NCBI GenBank assembly: GCA_963677435.1
Contig: OY781945.1
Span: 1,568,001 to 1,632,000 of the forward strand
Direction of reading: 5' to 3'
Length of the DNA stretch: 64,000 nucleotides
Origin: an uncultured Aliarcobacter sp.
GTDB lineage: Bacteria > Campylobacterota > Campylobacteria > Campylobacterales > Arcobacteraceae
The notes beneath the pieces are model-generated. The model worked only from the letters and a program-made list of their open reading frames with translations. It did not search any database and was not told the origin of the DNA. Every line of letters begins with the position of its first letter. The stretch's first letter is position 1. Shown here piece by piece: positions 40,391 through 50,006 of the stretch. The position numbers and the translations under genes were made by a program.

Positions 40391-42148
40391 TTATACCCTT
40401 ATATCTACGCCAGAATTTGGATTTAAATTCTGATTATAACCATTATTTATATAAGCTTGAGTTGGTTTGTCTTTTGACTCATCTCCCTCTTTTAAATCTA
40501 ATATTTTTATATTTACAGGAATTAAACGAACACTATTTAGTGCAACTTTTAGTTTTTGCATATTTTCTTGTAAAGCAGTTTTAAAGTGTTCTCTTTGTGC
40601 ATAAATAGTTAAATCAAGCTTATTTTTATCATATAAAGCTAACATCAAATCAACTTTTCCAAAATCTTTTAAGGTCAGATTTATTTGGCAATAAAACTTC
40701 TCTTCATCAGTTTTTTTCATAGAGATATTTCCATCTTCAAGCATATCCCAAAGAAAAGGAAGATATACACTATTTGAGTTTGAACTTAGCGATAAAAGTT
40801 GTTGATAATCAATTTGAGTTAAAAGCTTATCTATTTGTTTATTTAATTCTTGGGATTTTTGATCAGTTTTTGAAGATAATTCATCTTGCATTTTTAATAG
40901 AACGGTTTTCATATCTTCATTTATATTAGAATTATCATTTTTTTGCAAAGTAGGATTTGAAATATCTTTTATTATGTTCTCTATTTTTTCTACTAACTTT
41001 GCTACTTGATTTTGCATATTATGTTCAGTTGGATTAAGATTTTCTAAACTTTGTTTTAAATCACTTAATAATGGATTCAAATTTGATGCAAAATTACTTG
41101 TAAAAGTGCTTAAATTATTTTGACTAAGTAAAGTAGATAAATTTTCATTTTTTGCAAATAGATTATCCATTTTTAAAAGATTATCAAGTAAAGGCATTAT
41201 ATTTTTATTTTGTAAAATTGGGTTTTGAACTAGCTCATTTTTAAGTTGAGTTAATAACTCTTTTGTTTGAGTATTTATAATCTCTTTTGTTTGCAAGTTT
41301 GTTTGAATATTTGATTGAGTTAAAGTATTCTCTTTAATTAAAGGATTAAGTTCTTGTTTTGTTTGCGTCAATGTTGATGTTTGTGTTTCTTTATTTTGAA
41401 CTATAACATTCTCTTTTGCTTGCAAATTTTGATTATTTAGTGTATTTTCAATTTTTGATTCTACAAGTGTTCCCTCATTTACAATGTTTTGCAATTGATT
41501 TGTAAGGTTTGATAAACTTTGCGTTTGGGGTTTAGAAAGTGAATTTGTTAAATTTTGTAAAGCACTTGAAAGTGTTTTTAGATTTGTCAAATTAGCATTT
41601 GCATCACTATTATTTGGTGTTTGAAGAATTTTTGTTATAAGTTCATTTACTTGTTTTGCTTGGGGCGTATTTAAATCTTTTATCAAGTTTTGAATTTGAT
41701 TTAATATATTTTCAACTTTTGCATTTGGATTCTGAGCCATTTTTGACTCCAAAAAAACACCTGAATTTTTTAGTTGTTCTTTTAGTGTATTTGCATCCAT
41801 ATCTTTTATATTTTTTAGGAAATTTTCTAAAATTGGTTTGAATTTTTCTAAAGTTGGATTTCCATCTTCTGAGGTTATTGATTCTAGCATTGAAGAAAGA
41901 GAGTTTGAAAAAGTACCCATTTCTTTAAATACAGTAGAGTTTTTTAGCATATTTTCAATGCTAGAGTTCGATTTTGTACCATTTTTTAAATTGTCAAATA
42001 AATCTTTTAAAACATCACTTACCGAGGCACTACTATTTTTTACTAATTGTTCTAATGTTTTTGAATCGGCTTCTTTTAATGCTTCTTTTAAAACTTTGTT
42101 ATCATTTGGTAATAGTATATTTAATAAAGGATTATTTGTTACTAACAT
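40391..42148 (-). CDS. fliK: Flagellar hook-length control protein FliK-like
   Basis: N/Q/L-rich low-complexity body, SGVFLESK, C-terminal CQINLTLKDFGKV; upstream of the FlhB-like gene; ATG 42148 preferred. Confidence 0.75.
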   Translation of the reverse strand: MLVTNNPLLNILLPNDNKVLKEALKEADSKTLEQLVKNSSASVSDVLKDLFDNLKNGTKSNSSIENMLKNSTVFKEMGTFSNSLSSMLESITSEDGNPTLEKFKPILENFLKNIKDMDANTLKEQLKNSGVFLESKMAQNPNAKVENILNQIQNLIKDLNTPQAKQVNELITKILQTPNNSDANANLTNLKTLSSALQNLTNSLSKPQTQSLSNLTNQLQNIVNEGTLVESKIENTLNNQNLQAKENVIVQNKETQTSTLTQTKQELNPLIKENTLTQSNIQTNLQTKEIINTQTKELLTQLKNELVQNPILQNKNIMPLLDNLLKMDNLFAKNENLSTLLSQNNLSTFTSNFASNLNPLLSDLKQSLENLNPTEHNMQNQVAKLVEKIENIIKDISNPTLQKNDNSNINEDMKTVLLKMQDELSSKTDQKSQELNKQIDKLLTQIDYQQLLSLSSNSNSVYLPFLWDMLEDGNISMKKTDEEKFYCQINLTLKDFGKVDLMLALYDKNKLDLTIYAQREHFKTALQENMQKLKVALNSVRLIPVNIKILDLKEGDESKDKPTQAYINNGYNQNLNPNSGVDIRV

Positions 42149-42209
42149 GGCAAAGTATAACATAATCTACATGATTGCTACACAAATATTTAGATACAAT
42201 TTTGCCATG
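42146..42209. promoter_or_regulatory. Divergent, apparently leaderless promoter pair
   Basis: Plus: TACAAT-TTTGCC-ATG; minus: TGTTATACT-TTGCC-ATG; no SD on either side. Confidence 0.55.
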
Positions 42210-42701
42210 AAAAGAAGAAACTTTATAAAATTTACAACAATAAGCGCAATTTTATTTTCAAATAATATTGCAATTGCTAAAAATATTCCACCTAAAACTT
42301 TAATACTCTTAGATGAAGTTTTAAATATTATATTTCCAAAAACTTCTTTAATGCCAAGTGCTAAAGAGTTCAACGCAGTAGAATATTTAGTGAAAAATAT
42401 TTCCCATAAAACATTTGATGATGAAGATAAAACTTTGATTTTGCAAGGTTCAAAAGATTTTATTAGTGCCTTTCCAGACTTTTTAAATTTGTCACAAGAG
42501 AAAAAAAGAACTCTTATTTTTAATGTTGCTAAAAATAATGAATATGCAAAATCTTGGATTTCAAAACTTTCATATTATGGAGTAGAAGCCATGTTTAGTG
42601 ACCCAATTTACGGTGGAAACTTTAATCAAATAGCTTGGAATAGTGTAAAACATCCAATTGGAATTCCAAGACCTTTAAAAACTTATGGACAAAAAATATG
42701 A
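42207..42701 (+). CDS. Gluconate 2-dehydrogenase subunit 3 family protein (Tat-exported)
   Basis: Tat signal MKRRNFIK; PSAKE, FSDPIYGGN...W; the real start is ATG 42207, not 41838. Confidence 0.87.
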   Translation: MKRRNFIKFTTISAILFSNNIAIAKNIPPKTLILLDEVLNIIFPKTSLMPSAKEFNAVEYLVKNISHKTFDDEDKTLILQGSKDFISAFPDFLNLSQEKKRTLIFNVAKNNEYAKSWISKLSYYGVEAMFSDPIYGGNFNQIAWNSVKHPIGIPRPLKTYGQKI

Positions 42702-44350
42702 TATATGATGTTTGTGTTATTGGAAGTGGAGCAGGTGCTGGTCCTATTATTTATGAATTAAGCAAAATGGGCTTAAAAGTTTGTGTTTTAGAAAAAGGTG
42801 ACATTTATAATGAAAAAGATTTTTCAAAGGATGAGTTAGTTGTAAGGCGTTCTATTTATACTCCAAATCTAAAAGATGAGTACCACACAATTGAAGAAAA
42901 AAGAGAAAATAACTGGATAAAATTCCCAACATATGAAAGTGGTTGGAGTTTTTGGAATGGTAACCTTCTAGGTGGTTCTTCAAACTTTATGAGTGGATAT
43001 TTTCACAGACTTAAACCTAAAGATTTTAAATTAGCTTCAACTTATGGAGTTCCTGAAAATTCAAATATAGTTGATTGGCCAATTTCATATGATGAAATGG
43101 AAACTTATTATACAAAAGTTGAAGAACTAGTGGGAGTTTCAGGAAAAGTTCAAGAATATGAGTTTTCTGAGCCAAGAAGTACAAAAGATTTTCCTTATGA
43201 AGCATTACAAGAGAATAAAATAGTAAATTTAATAGATAAAGCATGTTCTGAATTAAACTATAAAAGTATCAAAACTCCAAGGGCAATAATTTCGAGTGCA
43301 AAAGGGCATAGAAACCCTTGTTATTACTCAAATTATTGTGGTTCGTATCCTTGCTCAAGTGCTGCTAAAGGAAGCTCAAGAGCTAGTTTAATAAAAGATG
43401 CACTTTTAACAAATAATGTAGAAATTATTGCAAATGCCTTTGTAATTAAACTAAATACTTCAAAAGATAAAAAAATAGATAGTGCCACATATTTAACAAA
43501 AGAGGCAAAGAAAAAAGAGATAAAAGCAAAACTTTTTGTAGTGGCTGCTCAAGCTGTTGAGACATCAAGACTTTTATTAAATTCAAAAGATGAAAATTTC
43601 CCAAATGGTGTTGCAAATAATAGTCTTAATGTTGGTAAAAACTTTCTTTCAAGTAGTGGAGGAATTGTAAGTGCTACTTTTGATGAAACTAATATGAATT
43701 TAAAAGATTTACAAGAAGCCGGATTATTTGTAAATAGAAGTTTATTAGATTGGTATTATACAAAAGAGTTTAAAACAGGAACAATAGATATTCTTTTTGA
43801 ACATGCAAATCCAATAAGAAGAGCTTCAACTCTACGATGGAATGGAAATGAATTATTAATAGGTGAAGAGTTACAAAATAAAATCTTTGAAACTTTTACA
43901 AAAACTAGAACTCTAAATATGGAGATTTTTGTTGATTGGACGCCAAATGATGACTCTTTTGTAAGTGTTGATGAAAAATATAAAGATAAATATGGAATGC
44001 CAGTTGCAAATATTAGAATTGGTAGCCATGAACAAGATTTAAGAGCTTCAAAATTTTTAGAAGAGAAAGCAATAAAGTTATTTGAAAAAATGGGTGGGAA
44101 AAATATAATATCAGATATTTCACCACTTCCATCATCAAATTTATTAGCAGGTGGCTGTAGATTTGGAGATAATGCAAAAACTTCTGTTTTAAATAAATAT
44201 TGCCAAGCTCACGAAGTAAAAAATCTCTTTGTAACAGATGCTAGTTTTATGCCAACGGGTGGAAGTGTACCTTTTACATGGACTATTTATGCAAATTCAT
44301 TTAGAGTTGCTGATTATATTAAAAATAATTGGAAAAATTTAATAACTTGA
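42698..44350 (+). CDS. GMC family oxidoreductase (flavoprotein subunit)
   Basis: VIGSGAGAG, LEKG, GGSS, WPISYDEME, C..CG..C motif, GGCRFG, NLFVTDASFMP. Confidence 0.93.
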   Translation: MIYDVCVIGSGAGAGPIIYELSKMGLKVCVLEKGDIYNEKDFSKDELVVRRSIYTPNLKDEYHTIEEKRENNWIKFPTYESGWSFWNGNLLGGSSNFMSGYFHRLKPKDFKLASTYGVPENSNIVDWPISYDEMETYYTKVEELVGVSGKVQEYEFSEPRSTKDFPYEALQENKIVNLIDKACSELNYKSIKTPRAIISSAKGHRNPCYYSNYCGSYPCSSAAKGSSRASLIKDALLTNNVEIIANAFVIKLNTSKDKKIDSATYLTKEAKKKEIKAKLFVVAAQAVETSRLLLNSKDENFPNGVANNSLNVGKNFLSSSGGIVSATFDETNMNLKDLQEAGLFVNRSLLDWYYTKEFKTGTIDILFEHANPIRRASTLRWNGNELLIGEELQNKIFETFTKTRTLNMEIFVDWTPNDDSFVSVDEKYKDKYGMPVANIRIGSHEQDLRASKFLEEKAIKLFEKMGGKNIISDISPLPSSNLLAGGCRFGDNAKTSVLNKYCQAHEVKNLFVTDASFMPTGGSVPFTWTIYANSFRVADYIKNNWKNLIT

Positions 44351-44414
44351 TAATAATTTAATATATTTTTATCAAAACTTAGATAACATAAATTCCTAAA
44401 AAATTGGAGTCTTT

Positions 44415-45359
44415 ATGAAAAAAACAGTTATTTTTTGCCTTTTATTATCAAGTTTATATGCATCTGATGATTATACACCTATAAGTAAAATTTCAAATGA
44501 TAAAAAAGTTGAATACAACTTTATGAATAATACTAATCAAAAGCCTAATAAAGAAGAAAAATTTGAATCTGTTAAATCTATAGCAAACAGCAATAAAAAA
44601 GAAGAATTTCAAGCTGTTAAATCGACAGAACCTATTGAATTAAAAAACGACATACTTCAAGAAGTTAAATCAGATGAAATAAAAGAAACTACCCCCACAG
44701 TTGATAAAAGTTTTGTAAAAGATTATAAAAAAGAGAATATTTTACAAGATACAAAAAAATATTCACAAGATGGATTTAGTAAAGATTTTTCAATTACTCC
44801 AAAAATCACTTATACATATCTTACAACTGATCTTCATAGTACAGAAAGAGTACGCCCAATAGATAGAAAAAATGTTTTAGTACCAGAACTTTCACTTAGA
44901 TATAAAGAACATACTCTAAAAGCCGAATTATTAGATTCAAAAGCTCATTATACAAATGTTTTAATAGTTGATTCTGATTTAGAAACGAGAATAAAATGGC
45001 TTAAATTGTACTATTTATACAATTATCAAAATGTTAATTTAGGTCTTGCTTATAATAATTATAAAGCAGATTTTATAATTGTAGATTATAATAGAAATCT
45101 TAAAAAGAGAGAAGAATTTCCATCTTTAGAACTTAATGCAAAAAATGAAGAAAATCAACTTGAAATTAATTATGGATTATCTTATGGTAAAAGTACTGAT
45201 ATTGACTACGCTTATGAATATTATGTCAACTTAGGATATAAAATTTTCCAAAATGATGTTTTAAATATTAATGCAGGATATAGAAATAGAACAATTGATT
45301 ATGATAATGTTAAGTATCAATATAGAGGTCCAACACTAAGTCTTAGCAGTACATTCTAA
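44415..45359 (+). CDS. Putative outer-membrane beta-barrel protein
   Basis: Signal peptide, charged disordered N-region, Tyr-rich alternating strands, terminal Phe (YRGPTLSLSSTF). Confidence 0.65.
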   Translation: MKKTVIFCLLLSSLYASDDYTPISKISNDKKVEYNFMNNTNQKPNKEEKFESVKSIANSNKKEEFQAVKSTEPIELKNDILQEVKSDEIKETTPTVDKSFVKDYKKENILQDTKKYSQDGFSKDFSITPKITYTYLTTDLHSTERVRPIDRKNVLVPELSLRYKEHTLKAELLDSKAHYTNVLIVDSDLETRIKWLKLYYLYNYQNVNLGLAYNNYKADFIIVDYNRNLKKREEFPSLELNAKNEENQLEINYGLSYGKSTDIDYAYEYYVNLGYKIFQNDVLNINAGYRNRTIDYDNVKYQYRGPTLSLSSTF

Positions 45360-45364
45360 AAAAA

Positions 45365-45393
45365 ATAAAACATTACATTTTGTAATGTTTTAT
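45365..45393 (+). terminator. Intrinsic terminator-like hairpin
   Basis: ATAAAACATTACA-TTT-TGTAATGTTTTAT directly after the stop codon. Confidence 0.7.
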
Positions 45394-45450
45394 CTTCTAT
45401 AAAAAAGTTTTGGATATAATAAGTCTATAATATATTATTTAAGGTTATTA

Positions 45451-45801
45451 ATGCAAAACATTCAAATCTGGCATAATCCTAAATGTTCAAAATCAAGAGC
45501 AGCAATGGAGTTATTAGAAAATAAAAATATAAATGCAAATGTTGTTAAATATTTAGAAGAAACTCCATCAAAAGAGCAAATAAAAGATGTTCTAAAAAAA
45601 CTTAATATCAAAGCAAAAGAACTTCTTAGATCTGGTGAAGATGTATATAAAGAGTTAAAATTAAAAGATATAGATGATGAAGATAAGCTAATTGATTTTA
45701 TGTTTGAACATCCAATTTTAATTGAAAGACCAATTATCATAAAAGGAGATATTGCGGTGATTGCAAGACCTATTGAGAACTTAGAAGAACTACTCAAATG
45801 A
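45451..45801 (+). CDS. arsC: Arsenate reductase (glutaredoxin)/ArsC family
   Basis: HNPKCSKSR, HPILIERPI, ARP. Confidence 0.88.
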   Translation: MQNIQIWHNPKCSKSRAAMELLENKNINANVVKYLEETPSKEQIKDVLKKLNIKAKELLRSGEDVYKELKLKDIDDEDKLIDFMFEHPILIERPIIIKGDIAVIARPIENLEELLK

Positions 45802-46163
45802 TTTATGAAGTAAATGAAAAACAACAACGAATCAAATACATAAGGGTTTTAGAGAAATTCTTTACAAGAACAATATCTTTATTAAAACTTGATAATTTTG
45901 ACAAAGATTTATTCAAACAAAGAACTAGAAAAAACTATGAAGAGATGATAAAAACAAAAGAGATTGAACTATATTCTGAACATTATGAGGGAATAAAAGT
46001 TTTTATAAATAAGACATTATTTTATCTAGAAGAGCATTCTAAATCTTTTGAAGAGGAAAGAGCAACTTTATTAAAAGATGCAAATCTTATTCAAAAAGAG
46101 AAAAATAGTACTACTTACAAAAAAGATAAACACAAAAATCAAAAATTCAATGATGGATATTAA
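45798..46163 (+). CDS. Hypothetical protein
   Basis: 121-aa ORF overlapping both arsC and recD2. Confidence 0.75.
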   Translation: MIYEVNEKQQRIKYIRVLEKFFTRTISLLKLDNFDKDLFKQRTRKNYEEMIKTKEIELYSEHYEGIKVFINKTLFYLEEHSKSFEEERATLLKDANLIQKEKNSTTYKKDKHKNQKFNDGY

Positions 46164-48481
46164 TGAGTCAAGAAGAGTATAAAAGTTTCAAATTATCAGG
46201 AGTTATAAAAAAAGTTTTATACAAAAATGAGGAAACTAAATACATTATTGCCGTCCTAGAAAATAATCAAAAAATTTGTGGTGCATATTTTGATACAGAT
46301 ATTGAAAAAATTGTTGGTGAAGAGGTCATTTTAAAAGGAAATTGGATTACCCATAAAAAATATGGTGTTCAATTTGAATTTGATACTTTACAACTAAAAG
46401 AGGCTGAAATCTTCTTTTTTCTTACAAAAATAGTAAAAGGTGTTGGTAAAAAATTTGCCCATGAATTACTAGAAAAATATGATGAAGAAGAGCTAATTGA
46501 TATTTTAAATAATCGACCTCAAGAACTTCTTGATTTCAAAGGAATCAAAGAAAAAAAACTTCAAATGATAGTTACTTCTTGGCAAAAATTCCAACATTTA
46601 AGAGAACTTGGTTCCTTTTTGGCAAAATTTGGTGTAACTTCTAATCTTATTACAAAAATATATTCGAGTTTAGGTGAAGTTGAAAACCTAATAGAAAAAA
46701 TCAAAGAAAATCCATATATTTTAATTAATATAAAAGGAATTGGTTTTAAACGAGCTGATGAAATAGCTAAATCTTTGGGCATTGACCCAAAATCAGAGTT
46801 TAGAATTATGGCTTGTTTGAACTATACTCTAAGAGAATATTGTGATAATAATGGAAACTCTTCAATAGAAAAATTTCATTTATATAAACTTTTAGATGAT
46901 AGTTTACGATTCTTTAATGAAGAGGCTTTATACGAATCAGCTATTTCAAAAATGTTAGTTGATGAAGATATTTTTGTAACAAGTGAAAATAGATATGCCT
47001 TATCAATGCTTTATTATGCAGAAAAGCGAATTTTAGAGTTTTTTACAAGAAGAAAAGATGAAAAAAATAGAAAAATTATTGCAACTTTTGATGAATATTT
47101 ACTAAAAAAACAAGAGACATTAGGCTTTGAATTAAGTAGTGAGCAAAAAAAAGCAGTTGAACTAATAAATAATGGAGATAAAACTCTATTTTTAATAGGT
47201 TACGCTGGAACTGGTAAATCAACTTCAAGTAGGGCGATATTGGAACTTCTTGAAGAAACAATGTCTTATGATGATATTATGACTATTGCTTTAAGTGGGA
47301 TTGCTTCGCAGAGAATTTCTGATACAACAGGATACAACTCTTCAACAATTCAATCACTTCTTATGAAACATAAAGAAAAGGACTTTTTCCCATATAAAGC
47401 TATACTTTTAGATGAAGCTTCGATGGTTAATTCTGTTACTTTTAATCAAATAGTTTCAAAAATAGATGATGATACAATTTTTATAGTTGTTGGTGATGAT
47501 GGACAATTACCTGCAATTGGTGCTGGAAATGTTCTTGCAGATGCTATTAAATATGAACTTGCCCCAATTTGTAAATTAACAAAAATTTATAGACAAAATG
47601 AAAACCAAGCAATAGCTGTAATTGCAAACGATATAAGAAAAGGTGAAGTTCCAGCTTACAAAGAAGAGTATGAAGATTTCAAATTTATTGATGTATCTAT
47701 TTCAAACTATTATTCACAAAAAAATTCTGTTTCTTCAAATGATTTTGCAGATTTGAGAGGTGAAAATAGTGAGTATATTTTAAATAATATTTTAAATATT
47801 TCAGCTGGTTACATAGAACAATATTACAATTTCATAAAGAAAAAAGAGATTTCAAAAGCATTAACACTTTTTCAAGTGATTACTCCTATGAAAGCTGGAA
47901 CTTTAGGTGTTGATAATCTAAATATTCAATTACAAAAACTTTTTAATCATACAAAGGGAAAAGCCTTTGTTTCAAAAGTGTATGAATATAAATTAACAGA
48001 TAAAGTAATTCATATAAAAAATGAAAATATGAAAGCTCAAACTATGAGTATGTATAAAAGTGGATCAACTGATTTTCTTGAGAGAAGGGTTTATAATGGT
48101 CAATTAGGACTTATCATAAAACTTGATTTTGAAGAAGAAAAATGTATAGTTTTATATCCAAATGATGATATGGTCGTATTTTATGACTTTGAAAATGTAT
48201 ATTCATTATTGTCTTTGGCTTATTGTTTAACTATTCATAAAACCCAAGGAATGGAGTATGAAAATGCTTTAATTCCTATGAGTTTTTCCCACTATATTAT
48301 GCATAATACAAAACTTCTATACACAGCAATTACAAGAGCAAAAAGAATGTGTTTTATTGTTGGAGAAGAAGAAGCTTTTAAAAGTGCTTGTAAAAAATTA
48401 GAAATAACAATTCGAGAATCTGTTATAAATGATTTACTTAGTAAAAGAATAGTTCAAAATAGAGAAATACTAGCCGTTTAA
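46163..48481 (+). CDS. recD2: RecD2-like ATP-dependent DNA helicase
   Basis: N-terminal OB/HhH (YGVQF, GIGFKRAD), GYAGTGKS, DEASM, GDDGQL, YRQ, TIHKTQG, YTAITRA. Confidence 0.92.
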   Translation: MSQEEYKSFKLSGVIKKVLYKNEETKYIIAVLENNQKICGAYFDTDIEKIVGEEVILKGNWITHKKYGVQFEFDTLQLKEAEIFFFLTKIVKGVGKKFAHELLEKYDEEELIDILNNRPQELLDFKGIKEKKLQMIVTSWQKFQHLRELGSFLAKFGVTSNLITKIYSSLGEVENLIEKIKENPYILINIKGIGFKRADEIAKSLGIDPKSEFRIMACLNYTLREYCDNNGNSSIEKFHLYKLLDDSLRFFNEEALYESAISKMLVDEDIFVTSENRYALSMLYYAEKRILEFFTRRKDEKNRKIIATFDEYLLKKQETLGFELSSEQKKAVELINNGDKTLFLIGYAGTGKSTSSRAILELLEETMSYDDIMTIALSGIASQRISDTTGYNSSTIQSLLMKHKEKDFFPYKAILLDEASMVNSVTFNQIVSKIDDDTIFIVVGDDGQLPAIGAGNVLADAIKYELAPICKLTKIYRQNENQAIAVIANDIRKGEVPAYKEEYEDFKFIDVSISNYYSQKNSVSSNDFADLRGENSEYILNNILNISAGYIEQYYNFIKKKEISKALTLFQVITPMKAGTLGVDNLNIQLQKLFNHTKGKAFVSKVYEYKLTDKVIHIKNENMKAQTMSMYKSGSTDFLERRVYNGQLGLIIKLDFEEEKCIVLYPNDDMVVFYDFENVYSLLSLAYCLTIHKTQGMEYENALIPMSFSHYIMHNTKLLYTAITRAKRMCFIVGEEEAFKSACKKLEITIRESVINDLLSKRIVQNREILAV

Positions 48482-48539
48482 CGAACTTAAAAGCAACTCT
48501 TTTGTATCATATAGAAAATTTTTAAGAGGATAATATTTT

Positions 48540-50003
48540 ATGATAACATGGATGCAAAGACATAAAAAATGGCTTGTGATTACTATTTGGATTAGTACAA
48601 TTGCATTTGTCGGAGCTGGCTTTGTTGGTTGGGGTTCTTATGAATATGGAAAACAAGGTGGAGTTGTAGCAGTAGTAGGTGATAGAGAAGTATCAGTTGA
48701 GGAATATCAACAAGAGTATTCAAATCTTTATGAACAATATTCTAAAATGTTTGGTTCTATGTTTAACAAAGAATTAGCAGAACAATTAAAATTAAAAGAT
48801 ACAGCTTACAGACAAGTTTTACAAAAAAACTTAATCCTATCATACGCAGATTCTTTAGGACTTGATGTTACAAATGAAGATATTGCAAAAGAATTAGTAA
48901 AATATAATGCTTTCTTAAAAGATGGAAAATTTGATAAAGATACTTATGTAAAAATTTTAGCTCAAAATAAAATGACACCAAAAATTTTCGAAGATTCTTT
49001 AAAAAGAAATATTTTATTACAAAAAGTTCAAGTACTTTTTGATTTAAAACCAAGTAGTGTAGAAATTGAAAATATAAGTAAATTACTTTTTGTTCAAGAT
49101 GATATTTCAATCAAAATTTTAAATGCTAGTGATATTTCAGTTGATATAAATCAAGATGAATTAAAGAAATATTGGGAAGAGAATAAAAATTCTTATATGT
49201 CTGAAGTTTCATATGATTTAGAAGTTAAAGAACTTCCAATAGTTTCATCAAATCCAAGTGATGAAGATATTCAGGCACATTATGAAAAATTTAAGATAGA
49301 TTATAAACATGAAGATGGAAAAATTAAATCTTTGGAAGAAGCTAAAGAGCAAATAGTAAAAGATTTAGATGAAAAATTCACAAGAACAGAAGCTTTAAGA
49401 ATTTATTTAAAAATTAAAAAAGATGAAGAAAAACTTGATACAAAAGTTAGTTATACAGAATCTTCATTACCTTTCTCTAATGAAGATAATTCAAAAATAG
49501 TTGAATTAAAAGAGGGTGAGTTAGCAAAACCATTTTTAGAAAATAATAAATATGTGATTGCAAAACTTGTTAAGAAAAATCCAGCACAAGCTTTAGCTTT
49601 TGAACAAGCTTCACCTTTAGTTACTAAAGATTATGAAAAAGTTATGAAAGCAAAAAAACTTGATGAATTAGCAAATGCACAATTAAAAGATTTTCAAGGT
49701 ACTGATATATCAGGAATTACAAGAGAATCTATAGATAAAATCACAGGATTAGAACAAAAAGATGCCGCTAAGTTTTTAAATCAATTATTCTCAGCAACTT
49801 CAAAAGAAGGTATTGTAAAACTTGATGATAAAGAAGTTCTATACAAAATAAATAATTCTACATTTGGTGATTATAATAAAGCAAAAGATGAAGTTGTAAA
49901 AGGAACAATTACACAACTTCAAGAGGAAGAATTAATGACAAATTTAATGAAAAAATTAGAAAATAGTTTTGAAATACAATCTTCAAATCAAGAGAAGGAG
50001 TAA
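48540..50003 (+). CDS. SurA N-domain/PpiD-like periplasmic chaperone
   Basis: MITWMQRHKKWLVITIWISTIAFVGAG N-terminus typical of Campylobacterota PpiD; upstream of ftsA. Confidence 0.85.
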   Translation: MITWMQRHKKWLVITIWISTIAFVGAGFVGWGSYEYGKQGGVVAVVGDREVSVEEYQQEYSNLYEQYSKMFGSMFNKELAEQLKLKDTAYRQVLQKNLILSYADSLGLDVTNEDIAKELVKYNAFLKDGKFDKDTYVKILAQNKMTPKIFEDSLKRNILLQKVQVLFDLKPSSVEIENISKLLFVQDDISIKILNASDISVDINQDELKKYWEENKNSYMSEVSYDLEVKELPIVSSNPSDEDIQAHYEKFKIDYKHEDGKIKSLEEAKEQIVKDLDEKFTRTEALRIYLKIKKDEEKLDTKVSYTESSLPFSNEDNSKIVELKEGELAKPFLENNKYVIAKLVKKNPAQALAFEQASPLVTKDYEKVMKAKKLDELANAQLKDFQGTDISGITRESIDKITGLEQKDAAKFLNQLFSATSKEGIVKLDDKEVLYKINNSTFGDYNKAKDEVVKGTITQLQEEELMTNLMKKLENSFEIQSSNQEKE

Positions 50004-50006
50004 TAA

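Noticed and set aside
41230..41440. QTKE-like repeats in fliK as a repeat array or CRISPR
   Set aside because: Degenerate low-complexity coding repeats with no constant repeat-spacer period. No CRISPR array was seen in the window.
41838..42206. N-terminal extension of the 287-aa ORF
   Set aside because: Antisense overlap with fliK; the Tat signal shows the real start is 42207.
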